Virus record (IMG/VR): IMGVR_UViG_3300046727_000499
Direction: 5' to 3' (one strand)
DNA: 20,000 bases
Source of the DNA: an uncultured virus (IMG/VR IMGVR_UViG_3300046727_000499)
Lineage: Duplodnaviria; Heunggongvirae; Uroviricota; Caudoviricetes
The translations under genes and the position numbers were made by a program. Of this stretch, positions 1 through 6,975 are shown piece after piece (position 1 is the stretch's first letter; each line of letters starts with the position of its first letter). Under the pieces are notes generated by a model that was not told the origin of the DNA, did not search any database, and saw only the letters and a list, made by a program, of their open reading frames with translations.

Positions 1-258
1 ACGAAGCTTTTTACGGCCGGCATCATCGACCGGGCGACCGCGCTGAAGATGGTCGATATCGAGTCCGTCCCGGGAGACGAGGGCATTTACCTGTTGCCGC
101 GAGGGGCTTCCTTTAGCGATGGGTCGATTGCGGAGCCCGTCAGCCCGGTGATCGAGAAGGTGAACACGGAACCAGGTGCGCCGGCGTCGGTAGCGACGAA
201 CGGCAATCAACCGGCTGCGGCGGCGCAGGCTGCGGTACCGATCGGGAGTCAGCCATGA
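1..258 (+). CDS. Phage portal protein, C-terminal end (5'-truncated by the window)
   Basis: Frame 1 is open from base 1: TKLFTAGIIDRATALKMVDIESVPGDEGIYLLP..., resembling the G-I-I...GD-x-Y tail of HK97-family portals, followed by a low-complexity Ala/Pro tail. Lies upstream of protease and capsid genes. Confidence 0.7.
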   Translation, partial: TKLFTAGIIDRATALKMVDIESVPGDEGIYLLPRGASFSDGSIAEPVSPVIEKVNTEPGAPASVATNGNQPAAAAQAAVPIGSQP

Positions 259-419
259 AACTCACGTTCGCGGTGCTCCTGTTTTTGATCGCGGCAATCA
301 TCTTCGGGTTGGATTTCCTGCTGGGATTCACGACAGTCGACTATGCCCGCTTGCGTGTCCACTCGCTTGGATGGTGTCTCGTCGCGCTGGGGCTCATGCT
401 TTGGAAAGGTGGCCTCTGA
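255..419 (+). CDS. Small 54-aa membrane protein with two hydrophobic segments (not in the ORF track)
   Basis: ATG at 255 overlaps the portal stop (ATGA), GGGAG at 244-248, TGA at 417-419 just before the next ATG at 421. Translation: MKLTFAVLLFLIAAIIFGLDFLLGFTTVDYARLRVHSLGWCLVALGLMLWKGGL. Confidence 0.8.
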   Translation: MKLTFAVLLFLIAAIIFGLDFLLGFTTVDYARLRVHSLGWCLVALGLMLWKGGL

Positions 420-420
420 G

Positions 421-1590
421 ATGGATACGCTCGTGATGTTCGGTGGCGCGGTCAAAGCCCTGGGCGATGGGCGCGTTGGCGGCTACCTCATCACCTTCTC
501 CGATGCGGCCAGTCCGGACCTCACCGGCGAGTACTTCACCAAGGACACCGACTACGACCTCGCGGACGGTGACTCGCGCTCGGTCTATTACGCGCACGGC
601 CTCGACGAGCAGTTGGGCGTGAAGAAGATCGGCCGCTTCACCGCGAAGACGGATGCGATTGGTATCTGGGTTGAGGCGCAGCTGAACCTGCGTGACGAGT
701 ACGAGAAAGCCATCCTCGACCTGGCCGCGAAAGGGAAACTCGGCTGGTCGTCGGGCGCGCCGGCGCATCTCGTCACCCGCAAGGCGGTGGAGACGAAGGA
801 CGGCGCGACAGTCCGCGAGATCACCCACTGGCCGATTGCAGAGGGATCGCTCACACCGTGCCCGGCGGAGCCCCGTAACGGCGCCGTGGCGTTGAAATCT
901 CTTTCGTCGATTCTCGGTCTCCATCCCACAAACCACACAAAAGCCCTGCCCTCGGGCATGTCGTACGACGATCTCCGCACGCTCCTCCAGGACGAACTCA
1001 ACGAGGATTTCCCTGACGACGACGACGACCCGGATAGCTGGAACCGCGGCCTGTGGATTCGTGATGTCTACGACGATGCGGTGGTCTACGCCGACGAGGA
1101 GGACCTGTTCCGTCGCACCTATCAGGTGACCGCGGGCAATGACATCGTCTGGGGGCCGGAGGAGAGCGTCGTGCGCGTGACGACCTACGTCACCGCCACC
1201 GACGTTGACGAGGCCAGCGACGGTGAAGGCGATTCGGCGATGGGTATGCCCAAGAGTTTCAATCACGGCGTCGCGCCTGCTGCGATGCCGTTTGCACAAC
1301 ACATCGAAACCGCGCTTGCTGCGGTGGACGGTGTGATACAGCGCGGGTTCGCGATCAACGAACTGCGCATCAAGTCCGGGCGTGTCTTCTCCGCAGTCAA
1401 TCGCAAGAAACTGCAGGAGATGCATACCCAAATGCAGACCGCCCACGCGGCAATGGGAACGCACATCGCCACGATGCAGGCGCTCCTCAACGAGACCGAA
1501 CCGGCGGCGAAGAGCAATGCCGGGATCGAGCAGATCTACCTCCGCATGCTCGCACGCGAGGCAGAGGCCCTCGGCGTGGAGATCGCGTAA
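421..1590 (+). CDS. HK97-family prohead maturation protease with long C-terminal extension (389 aa)
   Basis: Motifs DLTGEYF, YAHG (putative catalytic His), GIWVEAQL, LGWSSG (putative catalytic Ser) and EGSLTPCPAEP. Start placed at ATG 421 (GGAAAGGTGG upstream) rather than 343. Sits directly before the capsid gene. Confidence 0.85.
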   Translation: MDTLVMFGGAVKALGDGRVGGYLITFSDAASPDLTGEYFTKDTDYDLADGDSRSVYYAHGLDEQLGVKKIGRFTAKTDAIGIWVEAQLNLRDEYEKAILDLAAKGKLGWSSGAPAHLVTRKAVETKDGATVREITHWPIAEGSLTPCPAEPRNGAVALKSLSSILGLHPTNHTKALPSGMSYDDLRTLLQDELNEDFPDDDDDPDSWNRGLWIRDVYDDAVVYADEEDLFRRTYQVTAGNDIVWGPEESVVRVTTYVTATDVDEASDGEGDSAMGMPKSFNHGVAPAAMPFAQHIETALAAVDGVIQRGFAINELRIKSGRVFSAVNRKKLQEMHTQMQTAHAAMGTHIATMQALLNETEPAAKSNAGIEQIYLRMLAREAEALGVEIA

Positions 1591-1607
1591 CGAAAGCGAG
1601 TGACACA

Positions 1608-2870
1608 ATGCCCACGTTGGTTGACATGGGCCGCGAACTGGATCAGAAGCGCGGCGAACTGAAGAAACTCTTCGACGATCACCGCAAGATCATCAATGGC
1701 TCCACAGAGTACGACCTGTCCGCCGATCAGGTGGAGGAAGTACGCCGGCGTGAGGCCGAACTGGCGCCGCTGCAGGACGCCTTCAAGCAGGCAGAGCGCC
1801 TCGCCGCCATCGACCGCGACAACCAGAAGGGCGTCGAGGACCTCGGCCGCATCGTGCGTCCCGTGCCGTTCGCTGGCGGCTCGGCCGACGGTGAGGGCGC
1901 GACGCCGGGCAGCACGCCCGCCACGAAGTCCCTCGGTGAGCGGTTCGTCGCCAGCGAGGCGTACAAGAACTGGCGCCCCGGTGGTGGGCAGCAACAAGCA
2001 TTCTTTGAGTCGCCGGAGGAACTTGGGTTCACTGCCAAGACGACGTTCACGACGGCTGTGTCCACGCTGACCCAGTATGACCGCCAGCCCGGCATGGTGA
2101 TGCTCGGGCAACAGGCGCTCACCATCGCCGATCTCATCTCGCAGGGTGAGACGACGATGAACACCATCCGCTATGTCCGTGAGGATACCTTCACCAATGC
2201 GGCCACAACCGTCGCGGAGGGCATCGCTAAGCCGGAAGCAGCCTTCGATACCTCTGAAGCGGACGCCCCCGTGCGCAAGATCGCCGTGACCGCGAAGGTC
2301 ACCGACGAAATGTTCGCGGACTTCCCGATGATCCGCGACTACGTGGACAACCGGTTGCGGTTCATGGTCGCACAGCGGGAAGAGGCGCAGCTCTTGCTCG
2401 GCAACGGCACGCCGCCGAATATCCAGGGCATCGAGACGACCTCGGGCATTCAGACCCAGGCGCTCGGCACTGATCCACTTCCGGATGGCGTCTTCAAGGC
2501 GATCACGAAGATCGCCACGGTCGGCTTCTTCCAGGCCGATGGCGTCGTCTTCCATCCGCTCGACTGGCAGAACGTCAAGTTGCTCAAGACGGCTGACGGT
2601 ATCTACATCTGGGGCAGTCCGACCGATGGCGGCCCTGATCGCATCTGGGGATTGCCGGTGGTCGCCACCGTCGCCCAGACCCAGCACACCGCCATCGTCG
2701 GCGCCTGGAAACTCGGCGCACAGGTCTTCCGTCGGCAGGGCATCACGCTCGAGACGACAAACTCGAACGAAGATGACTTCAAAACGAACTTAATTGCTTT
2801 GAGGGCAGAGGAGCGCCTCGCTTTGGCCTGCTACCGTCCGCTCGCGTTCTGCACACTGACGGGGCTATAA
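1608..2870 (+). CDS. Major capsid protein, HK97 fold, with N-terminal coiled-coil delta domain (420 aa)
   Basis: Motifs VAEGIAKPE, VRKIA, EEAQLLLGNG, HPLDW, KTADGIYIW, RIWGLPVV and DDFKTNLIALRAEERLAL are typical of HK97-family capsids; charged helical N-terminus. Confidence 0.96.
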   Translation: MPTLVDMGRELDQKRGELKKLFDDHRKIINGSTEYDLSADQVEEVRRREAELAPLQDAFKQAERLAAIDRDNQKGVEDLGRIVRPVPFAGGSADGEGATPGSTPATKSLGERFVASEAYKNWRPGGGQQQAFFESPEELGFTAKTTFTTAVSTLTQYDRQPGMVMLGQQALTIADLISQGETTMNTIRYVREDTFTNAATTVAEGIAKPEAAFDTSEADAPVRKIAVTAKVTDEMFADFPMIRDYVDNRLRFMVAQREEAQLLLGNGTPPNIQGIETTSGIQTQALGTDPLPDGVFKAITKIATVGFFQADGVVFHPLDWQNVKLLKTADGIYIWGSPTDGGPDRIWGLPVVATVAQTQHTAIVGAWKLGAQVFRRQGITLETTNSNEDDFKTNLIALRAEERLALACYRPLAFCTLTGL

Positions 2871-2897
2871 CCTGTTTCGCTAAGTAAGGAGCCATCC

Positions 2898-3137
2898 ATG
2901 GCTGTGACTTCGACATACATGCCGACCACTGGCCCCACAATCATGCCGGGGTCCAGACAGCGTCTGGCTGCCGGGAGTACAGGAAGCGCGGGCGCTCCGA
3001 CTGCCAACGTCACTGGCCTCGGGACCGCCGGTGTCGGTTCGCTCTACACGGACACGACCACTGGCATCCTGTGGATCTGTACTGCCACGGACGGCGCGAC
3101 CACGATCACGTGGACGAAGGTTGGCCTGCAGACGTGA
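2898..3137 (+). CDS. Small virion protein, possible capsid decoration or head fibre (79 aa)
   Basis: AAGGAG RBS at about 2886. Gly/Thr-rich with a GAP...GSLYTDTTTGILW...TW pattern seen in phage fibre or decoration modules; directly follows the capsid gene. Function is inferred. Confidence 0.6.
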   Translation: MAVTSTYMPTTGPTIMPGSRQRLAAGSTGSAGAPTANVTGLGTAGVGSLYTDTTTGILWICTATDGATTITWTKVGLQT

Positions 3138-3250
3138 GTCCCCGCCTCCATGTCGGTCCTGGCCGCGGAGTTCGCGACCCACTGGGTAAACACGAAGCAG
3201 TACGCACGGGCGGGTCGGTAACGATCCGCCAGATCACGGAGGAGACACCG

Positions 3251-3517
3251 ATGTACACGTCTGAAACCGCGATATACGCCGACAGCGAGGGCAACGTCGT
3301 CCCCGAGGACAGCCCCGATGCGGCGATCATGGTGGTTGCCGCCGGCGGCACGATCACGGACGAGGAGGCGGCGAAGTACGGTCTGACGGACGAGAGCGCG
3401 GCGTCCGACGAGGGTGCCGCGTCGAAAGTCGCTGAGCGGTCAGCAGCACCCACCGAAGACAAGGGTCCTGGCCCTGACCCGCAGGCGCCCACCGGCACGA
3501 AGCCCGCCAAGAAGTAG
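3251..3517 (+). CDS. Hypothetical acidic protein of the head module (88 aa)
   Basis: GGAGGAG at 3238-3244 favours ATG 3251 over the ORF-track start at 3071. MYTSETAIYADSEGNVVPEDSPDAA...EEAAKYGL, then a disordered tail. Confidence 0.7.
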   Translation: MYTSETAIYADSEGNVVPEDSPDAAIMVVAAGGTITDEEAAKYGLTDESAASDEGAASKVAERSAAPTEDKGPGPDPQAPTGTKPAKK

Positions 3518-3525
3518 GGTCTCCC

Positions 3526-4068
3526 ATGAGCGTTCCCATCGAGGTCCATGACGCGGTGGTGGCACTGGTTGAGCCGACGCTTGACCCCGTGCTCACCGAC
3601 GCGGAGATCGACGCGGCGATCCTGCGGACGATGGGCTTCCGCACGTGGACGGCGGCGACGACCTACTACCCGGATGTGCTCGTGACGCCGACGGTGCCGA
3701 ACGGGTGGGCGTACGCGCCACTGACGCAGTCACAGGGCCCGTATTGGGCCTATTCGGACCCGAACTTCACGGGCAGTGGCATCCCCGGTGTCTCCGGTGA
3801 CACCGAACCGACGTGGCTGATCCCCGCGAGTAGTCGCAACCCGGCGGCCTACGTGCAGGACGGGACGATCACGTGGGCGGCGGCGGTGCCGACGAACGGA
3901 CCGTACGATGTCAAGCGTGCTGCCGCAGAATGTCTCCGCGCCAAAGCGCGCAAGGCGATGAACCGCGTTGATTCCTCCGTCCCAGGCGCGGTCAGTGCAC
4001 GGGAAAGCCAGATGTATCAACAACTGATGGCCGCGGCCGCGCAGCTGGAACCGGTAGGGCTGTACTGA
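3526..4068 (+). CDS. Head-tail adaptor/connector with an inserted beta-rich domain (180 aa)
   Basis: Helical termini DPVLTDAEIDAAI and YDVKRAAAECLRAKA...SQMYQQLM resemble head-tail adaptors; position after capsid accessories supports this. Confidence 0.7.
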   Translation: MSVPIEVHDAVVALVEPTLDPVLTDAEIDAAILRTMGFRTWTAATTYYPDVLVTPTVPNGWAYAPLTQSQGPYWAYSDPNFTGSGIPGVSGDTEPTWLIPASSRNPAAYVQDGTITWAAAVPTNGPYDVKRAAAECLRAKARKAMNRVDSSVPGAVSARESQMYQQLMAAAAQLEPVGLY

Positions 4069-4069
4069 C

Positions 4070-4441
4070 ATGGTGATACCGTACGTCCCCACCGACCGCC
4101 TCGACCGCTTCCGCGTGCTCGATGAGCGCGCCATGCCTGACACGTGTGACATCGTCTCAGTGGACCCGGGCACCATCAATCCCGATGGCAGTGGCGAGCC
4201 CGGCGAAATCACCACGACGACCGTGCCCTGCCGCTTCCTCGATGCGGCCGGCGCGGCAGAGATCCTGTTTGCGATGCGGCTGACGGTGGAGGCCGGCGGC
4301 ATCCTCTGGGTACCGGTCAGCACGGTTGCCACAGAAGAAGACACCGTGACGTTCAAGGGCGACACCTGGCAAATCGTTGGGACATCGTTGGGGCAAACCT
4401 TTGCCACCAGCCTCCAGCTGGCCGTGAAGTTGGTGGAGTGA
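4070..4441 (+). CDS. Head closure/stopper protein (123 aa)
   Basis: MPDTCDI...TTVPCR...DTVTFKGDTWQIV beta pattern; lies between adaptor and gp10-like gene. Confidence 0.7.
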   Translation: MVIPYVPTDRLDRFRVLDERAMPDTCDIVSVDPGTINPDGSGEPGEITTTTVPCRFLDAAGAAEILFAMRLTVEAGGILWVPVSTVATEEDTVTFKGDTWQIVGTSLGQTFATSLQLAVKLVE

Positions 4442-4776
4442 TGAGCGTCACGATCAGCATTCAGTCGAACGTCACCCCGCTCGATGCCGCCATTGAGCAC
4501 ATGGAACGCATCGAGGAGATCGTGTCGCACTATGCGGGGTTGATTGAGGAACGGGCGAAGACGCTGGTTCCCGTCAAAACAGGCGCGCTTCGTGCTTCGA
4601 TAACCACGCATCTCAATGGACTGGTGGCTGAGGTGACCGCCGGTGAGGGCCTGTCGTATGCCGTTGTCGTGGAGTATGGCGGTCATAATCGCCCTTCCCA
4701 GCCCTTCATGAGGCCAGCCATCGAAGCCTACGCCGACGAGTTCGTCCGCGCGATCATTGCGGTGGTGGGAGGCTAG
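4441..4776 (+). CDS. HK97 gp10-like tail completion protein
   Basis: Characteristic AKTLVPVKTGALRASI, YAVVVEYG and QPFMRPA motifs; TGATG overlap with the previous stop. Confidence 0.9.
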   Translation: MSVTISIQSNVTPLDAAIEHMERIEEIVSHYAGLIEERAKTLVPVKTGALRASITTHLNGLVAEVTAGEGLSYAVVVEYGGHNRPSQPFMRPAIEAYADEFVRAIIAVVGG

Positions 4777-4778
4777 GG

Positions 4779-5225
4779 ATGTCGCTCACAGCCGTCCCGC
4801 GCGCCCTCGACATCCATGCGATTGGCATCGGCATCCGGGCGGCGCTGCTGGCCAACCCGACGATCGTGGCCGCTGTCGGCACGCGCATCTACCCGGACGA
4901 CGATGTGTCGAGCGGCCCGTTTCCCTATCTCGTCTACGCCGTGGTCTCCGATCAGACGCAAGGGTGGTACTCACATGCAGGAGTCAATGACCTCTGGCAG
5001 GTCACCGCCGTTGACCGGCCAGCCGGGCCGGGCTACTCGACGACCGTGGTCTCAAACCTCGGCGCCGCCATCCAGACGGCGCTCCTCGATACCCCATGGA
5101 CCGTCTCCGGCTGGCACCTGACCGCAGTACTGCGCGAGAACACCCGGCCCTACACCGAGAACGAGCAGGGGGTCGTTTTCCGGTATGTGGCCGTGACCGT
5201 GAGAGTTGAGGCCTTCAAGATCTAA
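4779..5225 (+). CDS. Tail terminator (DUF3168-like, 148 aa)
   Basis: IRAALLANPTIVAAVGTRIYP...FPYLVY N-terminus and position after the gp10-like gene. Confidence 0.8.
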   Translation: MSLTAVPRALDIHAIGIGIRAALLANPTIVAAVGTRIYPDDDVSSGPFPYLVYAVVSDQTQGWYSHAGVNDLWQVTAVDRPAGPGYSTTVVSNLGAAIQTALLDTPWTVSGWHLTAVLRENTRPYTENEQGVVFRYVAVTVRVEAFKI

Positions 5226-5236
5226 AGGAGTCCATC

Positions 5237-5389
5237 ATGGCAGAGGACAAAGCAGCCGAGAAGCCAGCGAGCAAGAGCGCGGAGGAGAAGGCAGCAGCGG
5301 ACGCGCAGGCCCACGCCGAAGAGCAGGCGGCGCTCTTCGAGAAGATGCGTGCTGAGGAGCGAGCTGCCCGACTGGGCAAGGCACCGTAA
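5237..5389 (+). CDS. Small 50-aa Ala/Glu/Lys-rich helical protein (not in the ORF track)
   Basis: AAGGAG at 5225-5230, ATG 5237, TAA 5387-5389. Translation: MAEDKAAEKPASKSAEEKAAADAQAHAEEQAALFEKMRAEERAARLGKAP. Confidence 0.75.
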   Translation: MAEDKAAEKPASKSAEEKAAADAQAHAEEQAALFEKMRAEERAARLGKAP

Positions 5390-5421
5390 TCGCTCACCGT
5401 GACGAATCGCTCACCGTGACG
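5388..5421. repeat. Perfect tandem duplication 2 x 17 bp (AATCGCTCACCGTGACG)
   Basis: Copies read directly at 5388-5404 and 5405-5421; each holds the palindrome TCAC-C-GTGA. Confidence 0.95.
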
Positions 5422-5450
5422 TTTAGTTGCATCGCATAGGAGGCGACGTT

Positions 5451-6143
5451 ATGACGTTCCTAACAGTTACGACGGGGGTAGGAGGTGGGATAGGCTGGAT
5501 CCGCGGCGCAACCACGCTGGCGACCGCCGAACCGTGCTCCGCCATTACCGTGCTCTCGGGCAGCCCGACGACGTACCCCGCCAACCAGTGCTTCCGCGTG
5601 ACTGCACGGGCGCATAGCCTGCTCGATCCTCGCAGCCCAACCATCGTCAAGAACGCCACGGTGGCGGCGAAGACGACGGACTACTTCATCAACTGGGGCA
5701 CGGGCGAGATCGTTTTCTACACGCCGCTCACCGGCACGCCGACGATCACCATCGACTGCGGCTGGATCTCCACGGCGACCGGCTCTGACCTGCGTCTCCT
5801 CTCCCACGTCAACAACTGGCAGGAGGGCACGACCGCCGCCCAGATCCCCGCCGATGAGTACGGCACGCGCATCGTCCCCTCGTTCGCGGGCAAGGTGTCC
5901 GGTACGTTCCAGTTCGACTACTACAGTTCGTCGGACATCGTCGATCTCGGCCACGCCCAAAGGCTGAATGGCAACTACTTCGTGTTCGCCCTCTACGAGG
6001 ATGTCGTCACCAACCGGATGCGCATCATCTATGCGAACCTTGGCGGTTTCCCGATCACGGCTCCCGGCGCGGGTATGATAGGCGGCACTCTCACCGGGGG
6101 ACTTATGGCCGATGTTACCTTCAGAAATGAAGTTCTCATCTAG
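5451..6143 (+). CDS. Probable major tail (tube) protein with an N-proximal inserted domain (230 aa)
   Basis: AGGAGG at 5438-5443, ATG 5451. Lies between terminator and chaperone. C-terminal half (VNNWQ...DEYG...GKVSGTFQFDYY) has the beta pattern of siphovirus tube proteins. Confidence 0.7.
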   Translation: MTFLTVTTGVGGGIGWIRGATTLATAEPCSAITVLSGSPTTYPANQCFRVTARAHSLLDPRSPTIVKNATVAAKTTDYFINWGTGEIVFYTPLTGTPTITIDCGWISTATGSDLRLLSHVNNWQEGTTAAQIPADEYGTRIVPSFAGKVSGTFQFDYYSSSDIVDLGHAQRLNGNYFVFALYEDVVTNRMRIIYANLGGFPITAPGAGMIGGTLTGGLMADVTFRNEVLI

Positions 6144-6206
6144 CTAGCTATCTACGATGGCGAGCGGGGCGGCGGGCAGCGTGACACCCCTCCCAATGTC
6201 CTGCTC

Positions 6207-6275
6207 GTCACGAAAATCAGCGGTGTTCACGAAATCGTGTCACGAAAATCAGGGGTGTTCACGAAAAGGGGTGTT
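6207..6275. repeat. Imperfect direct repeats: 2 x 28 bp GTCACGAAAATCAG[C/G]GGTGTTCACGAAA, giving four TCACGAAA boxes
   Basis: Units at 6207-6234 and 6239-6266 differ at one base. TCACGAAA starts at 6208, 6227, 6240 and 6259. AGGGGTGTT occurs at 6251 and 6267. Confidence 0.9.
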
Positions 6276-6277
6276 GT

Positions 6278-6736
6278 ATGTCCGAGAACGGCGCGAGCCC
6301 GAACGGCCTGACGGCGATTGCGCGCCTCAAACAGAAGAGCGAGCAGCGGTACATGCCGCAGCCGCTGCAGATTGACGGCGACACGTACTACTTCCGCCGC
6401 CTCGACGGCTTCCAGGCCGATACGCTCGTCAAGCTGCAGGCGGAAAACCCGAACCTCTCGACGGCGCGCTATGATGCGACCGTGGCGGCAATGGCATTTG
6501 TCAGCGACACGGGCACGCCGCTGACGGCGGACGAGGCGCTGGCGATCGGCGCCTGGTTTTACCAGCCGGCACGGGAGTTCGTGCAGAAGATCACCGGTGA
6601 TTTTCGCGATGAGGCGGCAGTGAAAGCCGCTGAACCCGGCCCTTTTATCCAGAAACCTATGCTCTCTATGGTCTCGCCGCCGCCCTCCACAAAACCGTCT
6701 GGGAAATCCGCGACCTCGTCGACGCCGACCCGCTGA
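6278..6736 (+). CDS. Tail assembly chaperone (lambda gpG-like, 152 aa)
   Basis: Between tail tube and tape measure genes; LQIDGDTYYFRRL N-terminal pattern; contains an in-frame slippery heptamer. Confidence 0.8.
   Translation: MSENGASPNGLTAIARLKQKSEQRYMPQPLQIDGDTYYFRRLDGFQADTLVKLQAENPNLSTARYDATVAAMAFVSDTGTPLTADEALAIGAWFYQPAREFVQKITGDFRDEAAVKAAEPGPFIQKPMLSMVSPPPSTKPSGKSATSSTPTR
6640..6646 (+). promoter_or_regulatory. Programmed -1 ribosomal frameshift site C CCT TTT
   Basis: X XXY YYZ heptamer in the correct codon phase (GGC CCT TTT); the -1 frame stays open to TAA at 6970-6972. Confidence 0.85.
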
Positions 6737-6972
6737 CCTTCAGGCGACACTGTGACTGGTACGAGACCTTCTGCTCGCAGGAGGCCGGGATGGGGATTCC
6801 CGCCTCAGATCCCGCACGCATCTTCGGCATCGGCCTCAAGGCGATGCGTGAGCAGATGCGCACGGCGTTCCCGGAGCCCGAGACGGACGAGCAGCGGGAA
6901 GCCCGCTTCGCGGCGCAGGCCGACGCGCAGGTGCAGGCGAAGTTCGAGGCCGCCAGGCAAAGCCAGGAGTAA
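6646..6972 (+). CDS. Frameshifted extension of the tail chaperone (gpT-like part of a gpGT fusion of about 231 aa)
   Basis: The -1 frame reads YPETYALYGLAAALHKTVWEIRDLVDADPLTFRRHCDWYETF...ARQSQE, with the LA..L..T..E...W pattern of gpT-like segments; it ends 3 bp before the tape measure start. Confidence 0.82.
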   Translation, partial: YPETYALYGLAAALHKTVWEIRDLVDADPLTFRRHCDWYETFCSQEAGMGIPASDPARIFGIGLKAMREQMRTAFPEPETDEQREARFAAQADAQVQAKFEAARQSQE

Positions 6973-6975
6973 CGC

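Noticed and set aside
343..420. ORF-track upstream starts at 343, 3071, 5427, 13028, 14488 and 15630
   Set aside because: Each has a downstream start with a better-placed Shine-Dalgarno, and most of the extensions overlap neighbouring genes or structured intergenic sequence.
394..2687. Long minus-strand ORFs (394-1608, 1536-2687) and similar ones across the window (for example 3730-4686, 15546-16484, 17049-18020)
   Set aside because: They overlap well-supported plus-strand genes, show no recognisable motifs, and are the expected antisense shadows of GC-rich codon usage.
2755..2890. Locally AT-richer patches (capsid 3' end, 890-945, 6110-6158) as internal promoters
   Set aside because: No -35/-10 pair with proper spacing could be identified by eye.
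3119..3205. HDV-like or twister ribozyme (GCC-TCCATGTC-GGT and CTGGGTAAACACGAA look suggestive)
   Set aside because: I could not build consistent P1 and P2 pairings for the HDV fold or find the twister cleavage-site residues. Kept only as a generic structured leader.
6207..6275. Possible CRISPR mini-array or replication iterons
   Set aside because: Units are separated by only 4 bp with no unique spacers, and no initiator gene or extended AT-rich unwinding region lies nearby.
6157..6375. 72-aa ORF spanning the repeat region
   Set aside because: No RBS; it runs through the repeats and overlaps the chaperone gene out of frame.
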